A stretch of 64,000 nucleotides of DNA from Fimbriosthenelais zetlandica (lineage: Eukaryota): assembly GCA_977030845.1 (NCBI GenBank), contig OZ365115.1:29636001-29700000 (forward strand), in the 5' to 3' direction. The translations under genes were made by a program, and so were the position numbers. Positions 36,901-49,533 of this stretch are shown here, piece after piece. Numbering within the stretch: position 1 is the stretch's first letter; every line of letters starts with the position of its first letter. The notes below the pieces were generated by a model. It ran no database searches, was not told the DNA's origin, and worked only from the letters and a program-made list of their open reading frames with translations.

Positions 36901-39871
36901 ACTATTTAATAGTATTTATTTTTATGATGATAAATATAATCTCTGATACAGTATATATCCTCTTTTAAATCTAATGTTTGTTAATGATACATTTGTATAA
37001 TTGTCTTTAGGTGAGTTTGGTAGTGAGCAGCTGGTACAGAAGGTAGTAGAGCAGATCCTGAGAGAGACAGCTGCTCCTGTGGAGGAGTCCACCACACCTC
37101 AAGGTGATAAAGAGAACCAGCCAGCATGGAACGAGACGGTCCCCACTAAAATCATCCTTACTGGACAAAATGTTAGTATTCTCAACTCAACTAAAATTTT
37201 TAAAAATATATTTCCCTCGATTCTAACTACAAATTTACAAAAACAAGTTTGTAAATTCTTTGAGCCTTTCCTGATTTAAATTTTGATTCTGGTTTCAGAG
37301 GAAAACCCTGCACAAGGAAGAGCTAAACAAAAGTCAGACAGAGAAGATGGTCCGCCAGAATATTGAGGCGAAAGCTCGTCAGACACAGAGGAGAAGGACC
37401 ATGGAACAAGCCAAACACTCACAACCTAGTCAGGGTAGTCCTACCAAGGTACATAACTCTCTATGTGAAATGTTCACATTTAAATAGGGAGACTTTAATT
37501 TCAAGTTATCTTTTCCAAGTTTCAAAGCCAGAGCTTCTGTGAAAAATAAATGGAACTGTTAGCCATAGGTCATGTATTCTATCAAAATGTTTTTTTTTAA
37601 TTTTTAAGTATTTTTTTAAATTCTCAGGTAAATCCCAAGTTCCAGAAAACAGTTGTGAGTTCACCATCGCCCACCAAGTTAGAGTCTCCAACAACTGAGT
37701 CTCCAACAACCATCTCTGTACCTGAGACTGGGATCAAACATGTCCGGGTCACTACCTCAGATGGACGCAGGGTAGGCATCTTGTTTTTGGAATTCCTTTT
37801 CAAATATATTCGCACTGGGCCTTTTACACCCATATAATACTTTTCCATATTTGACATGGAAAATACTGAATGTACTAAGCGTATTTATGTCATATTTTAC
37901 TTCAGCTTCAGCTGAGTCTCCGGCCGGACGAGACGTTTAAAAGTCTCCAGTCTACACTGAGTGAGGAGCTAAAGGTATCAGAGAGCCAGCAGCGCATCAA
38001 GTATGGCTACCCTCCCCGAGTCCTCACCTTACCGCCAGGTTCTGACGACATGTTCCTGCCGTTTGGTGACAGAGAGACGCTCATGTTAGAAATCATACCT
38101 GATTCTAAACCTTCTGGTATGTTTTTTAGATTTAAAATATTCGTCTTATGTCATGGGGAAAAGTAAAAAATCAGTTGCCATAACATACGATGTTTTAACG
38201 CCCTAATTACATATGCCATTTTATAATGATAAAATATTATTTTATTATGATAAAGTATTATTTCTCAATTTCTAACCAATAATTTCCTTATTTTCAGCCG
38301 CACCTTCAACACCGTTAACCGTGTCTCAGTCAAAGTCAGAAGGAGTAGCTCCAGGAAATCAGGACGCTAAACTCCTGAGAGATATAGCTGCCTTACAGAA
38401 TGGTCAGTTTTTTAAATTTATATCCATTCCCGATTGCCAACATTAATTTAAATACATGTAGATCTTCTATAAATGATGTAATGTTTTATGTGTTTCAGTA
38501 TCAGAGATGGATGACATTGATCAGACCATTACAGCTCTAGCTCTCACCTCGTCTCTGCTGGGATCTAATCTGTGGACGCAGGCTCAGACCATGCCTCATC
38601 TCTTCTCTCCTACTGGAGCTTTCTATGAGCAAATCAAGCGAGACCTGGGATTACAGGATGGCAAGCACTACAACATACCCGCCCTCCCTGGCAAGGTATT
38701 TACTAACTCTTGTCCTTACTATATATTAAAGTCATCGTTAATTAAGTGGAACATTTTGATATCAGGCTAGGGTGGGATATTGTGTTCTGGGTTCACTGGC
38801 CAATATTGTTTTTTTTTCAAGACCTGTCTAAAGATTTGAAATGACAATAATTAGCATCTATAGTCACTGGAATAAATCCAGTTATGGATCTGTTGTTTCT
38901 TTTTGTCAATGAAAATACCGCCAGTTTGGGAAAGGCATGAGGTAATACTAAGCTTTTCACTCTGAATCAAAACCACTAAAATTGCTCTCTTGAATCTCCT
39001 ACAGACTTTTTGGTACAATGCATCATCTGACCAACTTGAACTCTGCCTGGAACCACACGGTCATTACCCGGTATCTTCGGGGATTGAGGACCAAGTGTTG
39101 AGTCGTGCAGCGCCAGCACCAGTCAGTATGGACACCAGTTCACTACCAAACCTGGGTTCACTACCAAACCTGGGTTCACTACAGGAGACGGGCCGAGCCC
39201 TGAAAAGTGGGGCTAGCGGTGTGGTGGTCAATCCCCATATGCAAAGGCAGACGCCTCACATCCCATTCTCTGGTAAGGGTCACACTATGTCAGGTGCACC
39301 ACCACCGGATACTAAACCTGCACCAGAAGCTACACCTGCACCAGAAGTACAAGGTGCTGTTTCCATGGAAACAGACCCAACACCTGAGGCTGTGGTGAAG
39401 CCCAGCGAGCCAGTGTTCCAGCGGGTTGGACCCGGGTACAGAGTGATCCGATCAGAAGCTCAGAATGAAGCCAACGCTACATTAGACAGACTCATGTCCA
39501 TGGCTAAAAACATTGTGTCTACAGAGGCTGAAAAGGTGCAGACACAGACTGAGAAAGTGGAAGAGACTGTACTCGAAACGAGTAGTGGAAATGTGGCTCA
39601 AGCCTCTATATTAGAGGCGAGTACTGAATTGTTAGACCGAGCTCTTACTGCAATGGAAAAAGAACAGAAGATGGAGGTGGATGAAGGGGCTATGCAAGGT
39701 GAGGCACAACGCAGTCTGACTATACAAGACATAGAAGGCGATATACAGTACATAGACGAGGAAGAGGTGCAGGAGAAGGATTCAAGTGATAACAAGGAGT
39801 CCACAATGAAATGTGATGAAACAGATACCATTATAGATGACACTACCAAGCCAAATACTGATCATGTTTGA
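33906..39871 (+). CDS. VCPIP1: Deubiquitinating protein VCIP135 (OTU family, p97/VCP-interacting), about 1205 aa
   Basis: Exons 33906-34746, 34981-35246, 35480-35591, 35794-36003, 36189-36264, 36385-36528, 36679-36812, 37011-37171, 37299-37448, 37628-37771, 37906-38116, 38298-38402, 38499-38695 and 39005-39871, all phase-consistent. OTU catalytic DGDGHCLVHAVSRAL and WSSNGHNHY; GLRNIHIFGLANVL; UBX-like QRIKYGYPP. Confidence 0.95.
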
Positions 39872-41117
39872 TTAGGAAACTGAAAATTCAAGTGTGCATA
39901 TTGTTACGGTTTAATTTACACTGAGCCATTTCATCATAGATATCTGATAATAGATCATGAAATAGGCCTCCTTGATTTGGTTGTGATGTTTATGATTTGC
40001 AATTTGCAAAACAAATATATATATTGTGGATCTCTTGCTCATATCGATTAATGTTGAATGGCTTTGTTTTCTAAGTGCTGGATATGCAGTATTTAAAAAA
40101 CAGAAACATAAATGATTGGACGAGAATATCCTCCCAGAATTATGTGGGAAACAATCATATAGCAACAAAAACAAATGGATATACCAGTGTTACATAACCA
40201 ATTGTCACATTGACATTTACGACTTGAAGAATTAGAATTTGCTGTTTAATTGAGATATATTCTCCAATGCCATTGATATTATTATTTCCAGCCCAAGCGG
40301 AAAGTTTTAAAAAATTCATTTGAGATTAGGAAACTTGTAATTGCAACATAGCAACGCATATGCGGCAAAGTATTGCATAGAATGATTCTGTTATCCTTAG
40401 TTATTGGTTTAGTTATGAGTTTAAACCGATGGAAACTCATACCAGAGATGGAAATCTTGAAAATGTATTTTTTTTTAAAGTGGCAGGTTAACTTCTGTAT
40501 ATTAATAGTAGTAGTTAGTGTATTATAAATTAAGCTGTAAACATGTGATAATGATGATGAATATATTATGTAAAACATTACATTGCTTGTGCCTACTGTA
40601 CATTAATGAGTATGATAGTTAAATGCAGTATTGAACATGCACTCTGCGCCTGGGTACAAATTATGTATTTACCCACAGAAGGAAACAAATAAAATGTGAA
40701 AATTTCAAGTATTTCATTGTACAAAGAATATTTGCTATGAAATTGCTATGAAATAGTTGCTATGTCCTAGTAATGTGGTTAGATACATGATCTCTTCTCA
40801 AAAATCCTAATTGAAGAGATCATGGGACTATTGACCATAGCTTAAAGGAACTTTCATTGAGATAACCTAATCACATACACCTCTGTATCTCAACAATACT
40901 ATCGTTTAAGTTTACAAATTTAAACTTAAAAATTATATTTCCTTCAGTGGAATTTTCAGCAAATTTATCAATGCCCTGTCCCTGTTTGCCATATGAGTGA
41001 CGTCCAGTACCGTGATACTGATACTGCCACCTACCGACAATGATTGACAGAGGAGGAAGCAGGGGTCACGTGATAGCCTAAACCCACACCCTGCCCCCTG
41101 GTGTCAGTGATGATGAC

Positions 41118-41734
41118 ATGGCAGGGCGCCCTCCACCGGACACCCATCAGCTCAGCAGAGCTGCTCATGGAAAACCTGTGAGACTCATACAAAGGTACAA
41201 GTCCTATCCCATCTACACTATATCATATCCCTGAGTAGGTAGGCCTACATCATAGGATTAATAATATAAATATTGAATTTATAGGCAGATTAAAGTATCA
41301 AATAGGCCTATATTTAGTAATGTACTTCTACACTTGTACAAGGGGTAATTTTCCATCGGTAAAATTGTTATGCTACCACTGAGATAAAGTATTATTTCAA
41401 CGTTTACTTGGCTTTCAGCGTAGTTCTTCATTCGGCCACCACGCGGCTTTTACCCGAGCTCTCTGCTGTATCGAAAGGCCCTGAAGGGGGCGCGGTGGTG
41501 CAGGAGAGGGAGGCATGTGTTGAGGGAGAGAGGTGGGAGTATAGGAGGAGAATGACAAGGGAGAAGAAGAAGGGATCAGCCGCAGACAGTGAAGACAAGC
41601 CGGGCGAGACATACTGACACGCTCTCTGCCCTCCTCTCCAGACAGCCTCTATATGTGTGGAGATTTCCATTCTTTCCTACTGTGAATCCCTTTCAATCAG
41701 AGGCGGCCACTCAAGGATTCACCGTGAGAAGAAG
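41118..41734 (+). other. Putative spliced upstream transcript or small ORF (91 aa) 5' of sFRP
   Basis: ATG at 41118; donor AAAG|gtacaa at 41194; acceptor ggctttcag| at 41418; open frame to TGA at 41617; donor AAG|gtaaga at 41734; further strong acceptor ttttctcctcacag| at 43742. No homology recognised. Confidence 0.35.
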
Positions 41735-44106
41735 GTAAGAATTTTTCAATTGAAAAACCAACACTGAAAGCTTCATTAGAAATCAGCAAACGCCTCTCAA
41801 ATGAAGAGAAGTGTGGAAGGAGACAAATTCAAATTTAATTTACCCATCACACACTGAATCTCAAATCATTCACTCCATTGTGATATATATGCCTTGGTGG
41901 GCAAAGTGAGAGATAATGGTTTTACCATTTTCTCCTGTGTATTAAGTCACTTGGGATATAGAGAGTGTGGATATTAGAGGCATACTAATATCACTTATCT
42001 TTTATTTTAGACAATTCATAAAATTGATCTGTTCCAGCATAAACTGATCTGTGATTTTAAGATAATCCTGGCTTTGACAAGGATCTGGATTTTTCTTCGA
42101 GATTAAGCTTGTTAATGTAGTTCATATGGGCCAAAGTTTAACATTAGATTCAGAAATGAAATATCTAATATTTTAAAATATTATTTTAAAATGTTTGAGT
42201 GACTGTTTTTAAATAAAACCTTTAAAATCATAAATCATCAAGAAATTAATCGAAATTAATGCTGAAAGTGAAACCATAATATTTAAAGGATCTTCTCTGG
42301 ACATTTCCCAGTCAGATTATAACAGTGGCATTTTTGAATATTTGTCTCGCCTGTGACAGTTTTGTGATATGCACGGACACATTTTCTCAGCCTAGACTAA
42401 CAATGAACTTGTCCCTTTAGTTTAGATTTGCCCGTTAAAATCGTCCTCCAGCTGGTCGCCAGCCGCGACGCCGGGTCCTATGGGGGAAAGCCGGTCTACC
42501 GACCCCTTCACTCCTCCCTGGTAGAGGGGATGGGGAGCGGGCTGAACAGGGGGCTTAAATATGGAAAGGGGCAAACATTGGCCAAATATAAGGGTGCTTT
42601 ATGGTATAAGGCTAAGCTGAAGTCCAAGTCAGATGAAATGAAAAGATGACGAGTGAAAGGATTAAAGAAAGTTTAGGCTAATCGCTAATACAAATGTTTT
42701 TGTTGGGTCTGTATGTAAGATTTAAATTTTAGAGAACACCGGATTTCTTCACATTATTATGTTGTGTGTTTCGTGTGTATATACTTTAGTATGTGTGTGA
42801 GTTATTGTGTGCTTGTGTAGTGCGTTCGAGAGACTGCACCAAAATCAGAACATGCCTAAAAAAATGTCATGGCGGGTGCTTACGACCTCGTATAGGTGAA
42901 GATCTAGAGTGAGGGAGAAAGGGTCGCTAAGGGCCAGACTCTGGGGGAAGAAATGGATAAACTATGTGAGCTCCCAACTCTAGCATTGAGCTGAGTGGAA
43001 GAAGAAAGGGGAATCAGGGCTTCATCCAGACACGATAGGAAATTTGACACTTAATTTGATCTTTAAAAAATGATAGTTAAATTTCACATTTTGGCTTTAT
43101 GCATTATCTACTATGAAAAAGTTTATCATCCTCATTTGATTGGTTTGAAACTAATTAATTTTGAACAAAAATTCAAGCTGAGGAAATTAATTTTCAGATG
43201 ATTTTAACCATCTCAGCATGAGTCGCTACAAATCAGATTCGATGATAATGACAAGGGCGTCAAATAACAGCTCCTCCTGGCTTGCTTTGGAGGATCTCTC
43301 ATGCTTCTCTTGCACAATGCAGGCAGTGAATCTTTAAAAATTAAAACCTGAACATGTCTGCATGACAGGGTGATATGACATTTACACATTTCTAGTTATT
43401 GGTTCAGGAACATTTTTACCAGTGAACAAAGAAGCATCATGATGCATGACATGATTTGTTCTATAGCCAATTTTGATGTTGTATGCACATTAGGAGAAAC
43501 ACCAATGAATCCATATAAATGTCAAATGAACGTCATGTTACTGAAAAGAAGGGTCTGATAGTATAAAATCATTTTAGGATAAAGTGAGGGTATTTAAGTC
43601 ATTAACTGTATAAATATTGTCCCAGTAATGCCAGTGGAGAATCAAGCTTCATTGCTGTCAATGATTTTTGGGCAGACTATAAATGGTTATAGGTCAGCCA
43701 GCTCTATCTGATGCTGTATGTGTTTTATTTTTCTCCTCACAGAGAGAGTGAAGTGACTGCAGCACACCTTCCATGACAATACAGCACTCATAATCACGGA
43801 TCTACGTCTGATTATCATTGGTGGAGGAGGAAGGAAGGAGGAGGAGGTGGTGGTGGTGGTGCAGCAGGAGCCTTTAAGAGAAGTGGACTTGGCCAGCAGG
43901 GAGACATCACACTGTTGTATCGGGGCAGCAAGCTTCAACGGGCACGGATGGTGATGGACTGTATAAAGTAGTGGTTAACATATAGGAGAGACGCACGGAG
44001 AGAGACAGGCTATACACACACCTTTAAGGCAGTGAGTGGCTGAGCATCAGACCTAGATTATCACTAGGTTAACATTGTAGTATTTGTACTTCTCCCTCTA
44101 CCTTAA

Positions 44107-44114
44107 TATAAAAG
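44107..44114 (+). promoter_or_regulatory. Candidate TATA box for sFRP (TATAAAAG)
   Basis: Consensus TATA about 330 bp upstream of the Kozak-context ATG (gtcaccATGg) at 44439. The TSS is unverified. Confidence 0.3.
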
Positions 44115-44438
44115 CCAGTCTTTGGTTAAACACAGACAGGACAGAGAGATAGAAGAGATAGGGAGATATAAATATTCCCAAGGCTCATCATACATCAGAC
44201 ATTTGTCTGAAGGTAGAGAAGATCTGGGTGCTCCTTCCTACCACTGTGTGTGGACTAATACCAGCCTTCCTCTCTCCCTTTCTTATGGCAGAGGACTTTA
44301 CAAGGGGATAAACTGTCTCTGGGGCTAAGAGGATCACCTCCTGCACACCTGTGGGGATTTGTACTTTGCCGATCTAAGCCTCTCCACCAAAAGGTCCTTC
44401 TCAGCCATTAAGGACGCTGATCACTCGATAACGTCACC

Positions 44439-44988
44439 ATGGCAACCAGTAAGCCACCCCAGGTTAGGATGTGGATCTGGCTTGTCCTCGGATTCTTCTG
44501 GACAGCCTCGGCTTCGGACCCTGGTTATGCCATGTCCTCGGACAATCTGGATTATGCCTACGGGGACAGTTATATGTCCGACTGGTCGAAAGACTGGGCC
44601 ATGCTTAGTGGACGCATGCATCAACCTAAATGTATTGACATCCCATCAAATCTAACCCTTTGTCGGGGAATAGGCTACACACAGATGCGCCTACCCAACC
44701 TGTTAGATCATGATACTGTTAGGGAGGTAGTGCAGCAGGCCTCCTCCTGGGGCCCTCTCCTGGGCATCCAATGTCATCCAGATACTCGTCTCTTCCTGTG
44801 CTCACTCTTCTCACCTGTCTGTCTTGACAGGCCTATCTGGCCATGTCGGTCTCTATGTAATGCCGTTAAAACCAATTGTGAGGGCTACATGAACAAATAC
44901 GGCTTCCCGTGGCCAGAGATGCTGCGCTGTGACAAGTTCCCCTTCGACAATGATCTCTGCATTGACCAACAGACTGAGAACAATAAAG
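44439..44988 (+). CDS. SFRP1/2/5: Secreted frizzled-related protein sFRP1/2/5, exon 1 (signal peptide + Frizzled CRD); 3'-partial
   Basis: Signal peptide WIWLVLGFFWTASA and a 10-Cys CRD (CIDIPSNLTLCRGIGYTQMRLPNLLDH...CHPDTRLFLCSLFSPVCLDRPIWPCRSLC...FPWPEMLRCDKFP..NDLCI). Phase-1 donor AAA G|gttggt at 44988. No NTR-domain exon was recognised before 64000. Confidence 0.92.
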
Positions 44989-47900
44989 GTTGGTATTACG
45001 TCTGAGTTTTCAATAGATAAATTTTATTATCCATTGCCTGTGATTATTATTGCACAAGGATATCAATTTACTTTTTTTTTTACCTGAAGATTAATTTTCA
45101 TGTCATACATAATATTAATACACTACGCGAAAAACATCACAAAAAGGTATCCACAGTTTATGGTCTATAAAAAAAACATGCCGGCATGATGGTTAAACTG
45201 TGATAAACAATTTACTAAGATTCACAGTTGTGTAGCATGGATTATAGCAGTTAACCCCTGTGATAATCCAGAGAAAGTGGCCGACAGACGGACTAAAGTG
45301 GGGTCTGTTTGTTACACAAATGTATACCGAGCAATGCTAAGTCTATGGGATATAATGCATAATACGACAGTTTACGACATAATCCTTATCTTGTGAAACA
45401 TCCCCCAGATGTAAGTGAAACTGTTCGATACTTTTGTGTAAGAATGTACACCTCATTATAGTGAAACTCTTGAGATTAATTTCTTAGGAAGGTAGCTTAA
45501 GGCTTCATCTTCTTCCTGCCAACAAATACACTCGTGCTGGGAATTAATTAATGCTTCCTTAGGCTATACCAGCTGATGTACCTTTATAATCCGATGATGA
45601 CTCTGCCTTTCTTTCTCTACCTTCTCGGGATTGTAAGTAGGGGAGGGATCCTGAGCTAACATTGAAGTGATGGAGAGGACGTTTATTAAAGAAAGACTAG
45701 TAATGACTGAATGCCCCCACCACTTACACAGTCCAATATAATCTCTCCAATATAATCCCCCCCTAGAGGGGCAAGACTGTATGAGTACCTGTACCCAGTC
45801 TTGGCGACCAAAAAACATCCCGAATTACAAGAGCGCTCTTCCAATAAATCAAGTCTTTATTATGGGCTCGAAGAAAGGCTTCTTTGTTATCCAATCAGTT
45901 ATTTGCCCAAGGAGACCATGTCTGTCCTCCCGTGGGGGACACCTCCATCTTCTCAATCCGTTCAGCATGCCATTAAATGTCACTGCCAGGACTTGTTTTG
46001 TCATTAAACGTCGTAGATGACAATTGGACGAACGCGAGCGAGTCATCGGGATTTTGCAACATCTATAAGATATTTGTAGCACAGACGCCAAACTATTTTT
46101 TAATCCAAAATCCCTCATCACCAACTGAGGAATTTAGTCCAACTTTAATTGCAATTACAAAACGTCGAGGCTAGGTTAAATTAATGCATGGGATGAGACT
46201 AAACTGGGGTCGCTTTCAAAGAAAATATCTGCCTATACGCAGCATTAGGTCAAACACGCTGCATGGAGTCGACAATAGAATGTCTATGGATATACATTAC
46301 ATGTATATCATAGGCTAAATGTAGCATGTTCTTATTTTGCAACAATCCCCAAGACGAGATGGGCTGCTCGTGATTGCATGTTAATATGGAACTAAGGAAG
46401 GGTGAATTGTAAATTAACACAAGGTGTCTTTGTGGAACATGTAATTGCATGTTATATTTATCACGCATTTGGGCTGTTTTGAAGACGCTCTTGGATATGC
46501 CTTTACATAAAGGCTTTATTAAGCATTTTCATCACGACTGTACCCTCAGTATTCTTTTTAAAGTTTTTGTATCATATAGGGTAGATATAAAAGCTGAAAA
46601 AGCTTAATTGATCAGTTATGTCATAGACCTTCATGACCTATAATGATGAATGTACCATGACTTTTAGAAGTTTTCACGAAACAGTTTATAAGTTTTCCAA
46701 AAACTGTTTTACCCCAAATTGGACTGTATAGGGCGATATGAGGGCGAATCTACAGCATGACATTGATGTATTGACAGGCAATGAAATCATAACGTGACGG
46801 ACCTCTGGCCTGCGGGCGTATGAATATGTCCTTGTCTCCTATAACGGGCTAAAATAGGTCCGTTTAGCTCTTCTGTCTGGGGGGCAGGTACAGTATTTTA
46901 TCAATAGGAAACTTTCATTTATCCCTCGTTCACTTGGAGGTTAAAAACATGTTTCCAGTGCTCAGTCTTCCAGACCATTTTTTTTTTATACTTTCCCAAA
47001 CAATTCGTTATATGGACCTATACAAATTGCCAGCCAAGTTTTCCTTGAGATTCACGGGTGGGGGAATGGTCCCTATCACGCGGCCAGGTGATAAGAACCT
47101 GAAGTGTGTGAGGGGAAGGGTGATAGTGGGTCTGGGTTTTGTTTCACATCACTACATGTTAAGTCTTTTTCCCCGGAAACTAGTCCCTAAAAATTCACTT
47201 ATGGAAGTTTTTTCTACGGAGCAAAAAAAAGAATAAAAAGTATCCCAATTCTGTATTATTTGGAAAGCATCAATTAATATTATTAATGCTATGTCATGTT
47301 AACCAGGCCCAATCTCCACCTCTCAAATGCAACCCCATAAATCACTTACTGTATGCAATATGGCATGGGCTTTCCCATCCCAGTTAATCTGTTACATACG
47401 GTTGCCTAGGATAAGCTCACGAGGAGCAATAAAACAATTAATGTTGGAGGGTGGGCGCCCACTGCCCTAACCACGGGACATTATCATCTGGCAAAGATGG
47501 CCACCGCGGGACGCCCGAGGGCCGCGCCTGGTACGGTGGCCCGTAACCTGCTGGGCTCTGACACCGAGGTCCTCAAGTCACATTCCTTCCCAACATGGGT
47601 AGGCGGAGCAGGAGGCCTACCAGGGACTCACTCCTCCCGAGGCTTTCCAGGGACTGAGGGTACATTGGGGTACCCGTTAATGATTTAATACCTTTCTTTT
47701 TAATTTTCAAAACCCTTGATTTGGGGATCAGATAAGAATTATTGGTAGGCCTGTCTGGGAGCAAAAATGAATTTTTCCCTGTGGCTGTGGAGTAATTTCC
47801 ACTATTTCCAGAATAGTGGCCGTGGGTTTGTTTAGGGCAAACTCAGAGCAAATTAGGATTAGGCCTACCCCCAAAATGAACCCATGCCTGCCACACAACC

Positions 47901-48012
47901 CGAGGCCGCCTTCCAATATTGGTGTACATCATTTCGATCTGGGCTTTATATGACATGTCTCTATGGGCAAGTGACACGACCAGTTGCCCTCAGTGACCTT
48001 ACTGCCCGCGGA

Positions 48013-48125
48013 GAGGCGCTCCCGCCTACCCATTCTCCCTAGCTAGCGCCGCCCCCGGGCCCTATGAGAACTACGCCCTCGGGAGCGCTTCGTTGCGCCA
48101 ACGAGATTAATCTCGTTGGTTGCGC
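48013..48125. repeat. GC-rich nested inverted repeats including a perfect 22-bp palindrome
   Basis: GAGGCGCTCCCG (48013-48024) pairs 11/12 with CGGGAGCGCTTC (48080-48091). CCAACGAGATTAATCTCGTTGG (48098-48119) is a perfect palindrome. Confidence 0.85.
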
Positions 48126-49515
48126 TAACTGCGATGCGTTAAGTCAAATCGATCGATCATGCCCCCAAGACAGTGGTTTTGGTCGGTGACCGGTAGGAGG
48201 ACACCTTGGGGGCTATTGGTTCAGGGTCAGTGTTATTTCCCGTTCTGTCTCATGCTCATGTAAATCATGGACTATAATGGACAGGGCTGAGTACATTGTG
48301 ATAAATCTTTATAATCATTGATACCGGGCCCTGATGGAACTCTACCGCCCCTCATTACATTCATGTCATTCAGTAACATTGATGCCCTTGCTGGACGTCA
48401 ATGTGACCAAAACTAAAATAAAATTATCATAGGTAATTCTGAGTAAGTTATCCTCCATATGATTTAGGAGACATTTCATCCTACGCCAGATTAACTAGCT
48501 TGAATAGAAAGCAATAAGACCCTTTGGAAATTCTTTGCGAGATCATTTTCAAATTGCCTTAGTTAAGTCTGTTCTACACATTTTCTCAGGAAAAGCTTGA
48601 AGAAAGTGATGTAGTATTTAAGATCTTTGGACGCGAGAGTCTACTCGCGAGTAAGACAGGCTGGATGCTACTCACATCCTCGCCAGTCTAGTAGAAGACG
48701 TGCTAAGTACTATATATCACCAGAAAAGGCTTGAACCAGGATATAGAAAAAAAGAGAGACAAAATATAATCCTGGATCAACACCGAGACTATGCATGGCC
48801 GAGGGAAAAAGTTCTTGCAAACACACCAAGCCACAAATTCAACAAGACACACACACACACTACTAGCTGAGTCTCTTGCTTGCCTTTCTCATTTTTACTT
48901 TTATTTTTGGACGGCCCAACTTGTAAAGTCTGACCTGGTTGTGTATACGGACATTGGACGAAAGTCGTGGTTCTCTCTATCTCAGCATCTGTGTTTTATC
49001 ACAGGATTAGAGTGATGTGGTTCGCGGGGTTTAAATCTCACAACCTGTTTTCAATTTTTCTGTCCTTTGAAAGGGATCCAAATTGATGAAGACGCAATAG
49101 TTCGATGGTTAACTAATCCCCTGTATGGCTTTAAAAAATAATAATACATTTTTACTTTTCGTAATTTTAGCAGGAAATAATTATGAAACGATATACAATA
49201 TAACAAGTTATTATGTGAATATTCTCACTTACTTTCTATATCAGTGTAGATATAAAAGATGTGTGGAATTTACTTTTGTAGTGACAATTCTATGCTCAGA
49301 TTACTCCTGTTAATTGAATGCAGGATTATCAGTGGTATATCAGTATGTTAATGAAGCGGTGCCCAGTATGTATGAGCTTTATATTTAACCCTCCTCTGAG
49401 GCGCGCTATCTGTGTCATTCTTCATTCTGTTTTCTGACTTTTCTCATTTTTCATAAGCTGACTGATGTTTCATAATCTCTGTCTCTAACCTTTGCTTTGC
49501 ATTTTGCCCACTTAG

Positions 49516-49533
49516 CCGCACGGAAGCAGAAAG
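49516..49533 (+). CDS. Candidate 18-nt microexon of sFRP (phase 1-1, encodes A-A-R-K-Q-K)
   Basis: Long pyrimidine tract, CTCTAAC branch-point-like motif and TTTGCTTTGCATTTTGC upstream of ttag|CCGCACGGAAGCAGAAAG|gtaggt. Frame-preserving and stop-free after the phase-1 sFRP exon 1. Confidence 0.5.

Noticed and set aside
39140-39350. Short coding tandem repeats in the VCPIP1 last exon (SLPNLG x2, PAPEA-like x2)
   Set aside because: Ordinary low-complexity repeats in a probably disordered tail.
45781-46174. Four overlapping ORFs on both strands in the sFRP intron
   Set aside because: No NTR-domain cysteine pattern and no matching splice sites; more consistent with non-coding regulatory sequence.
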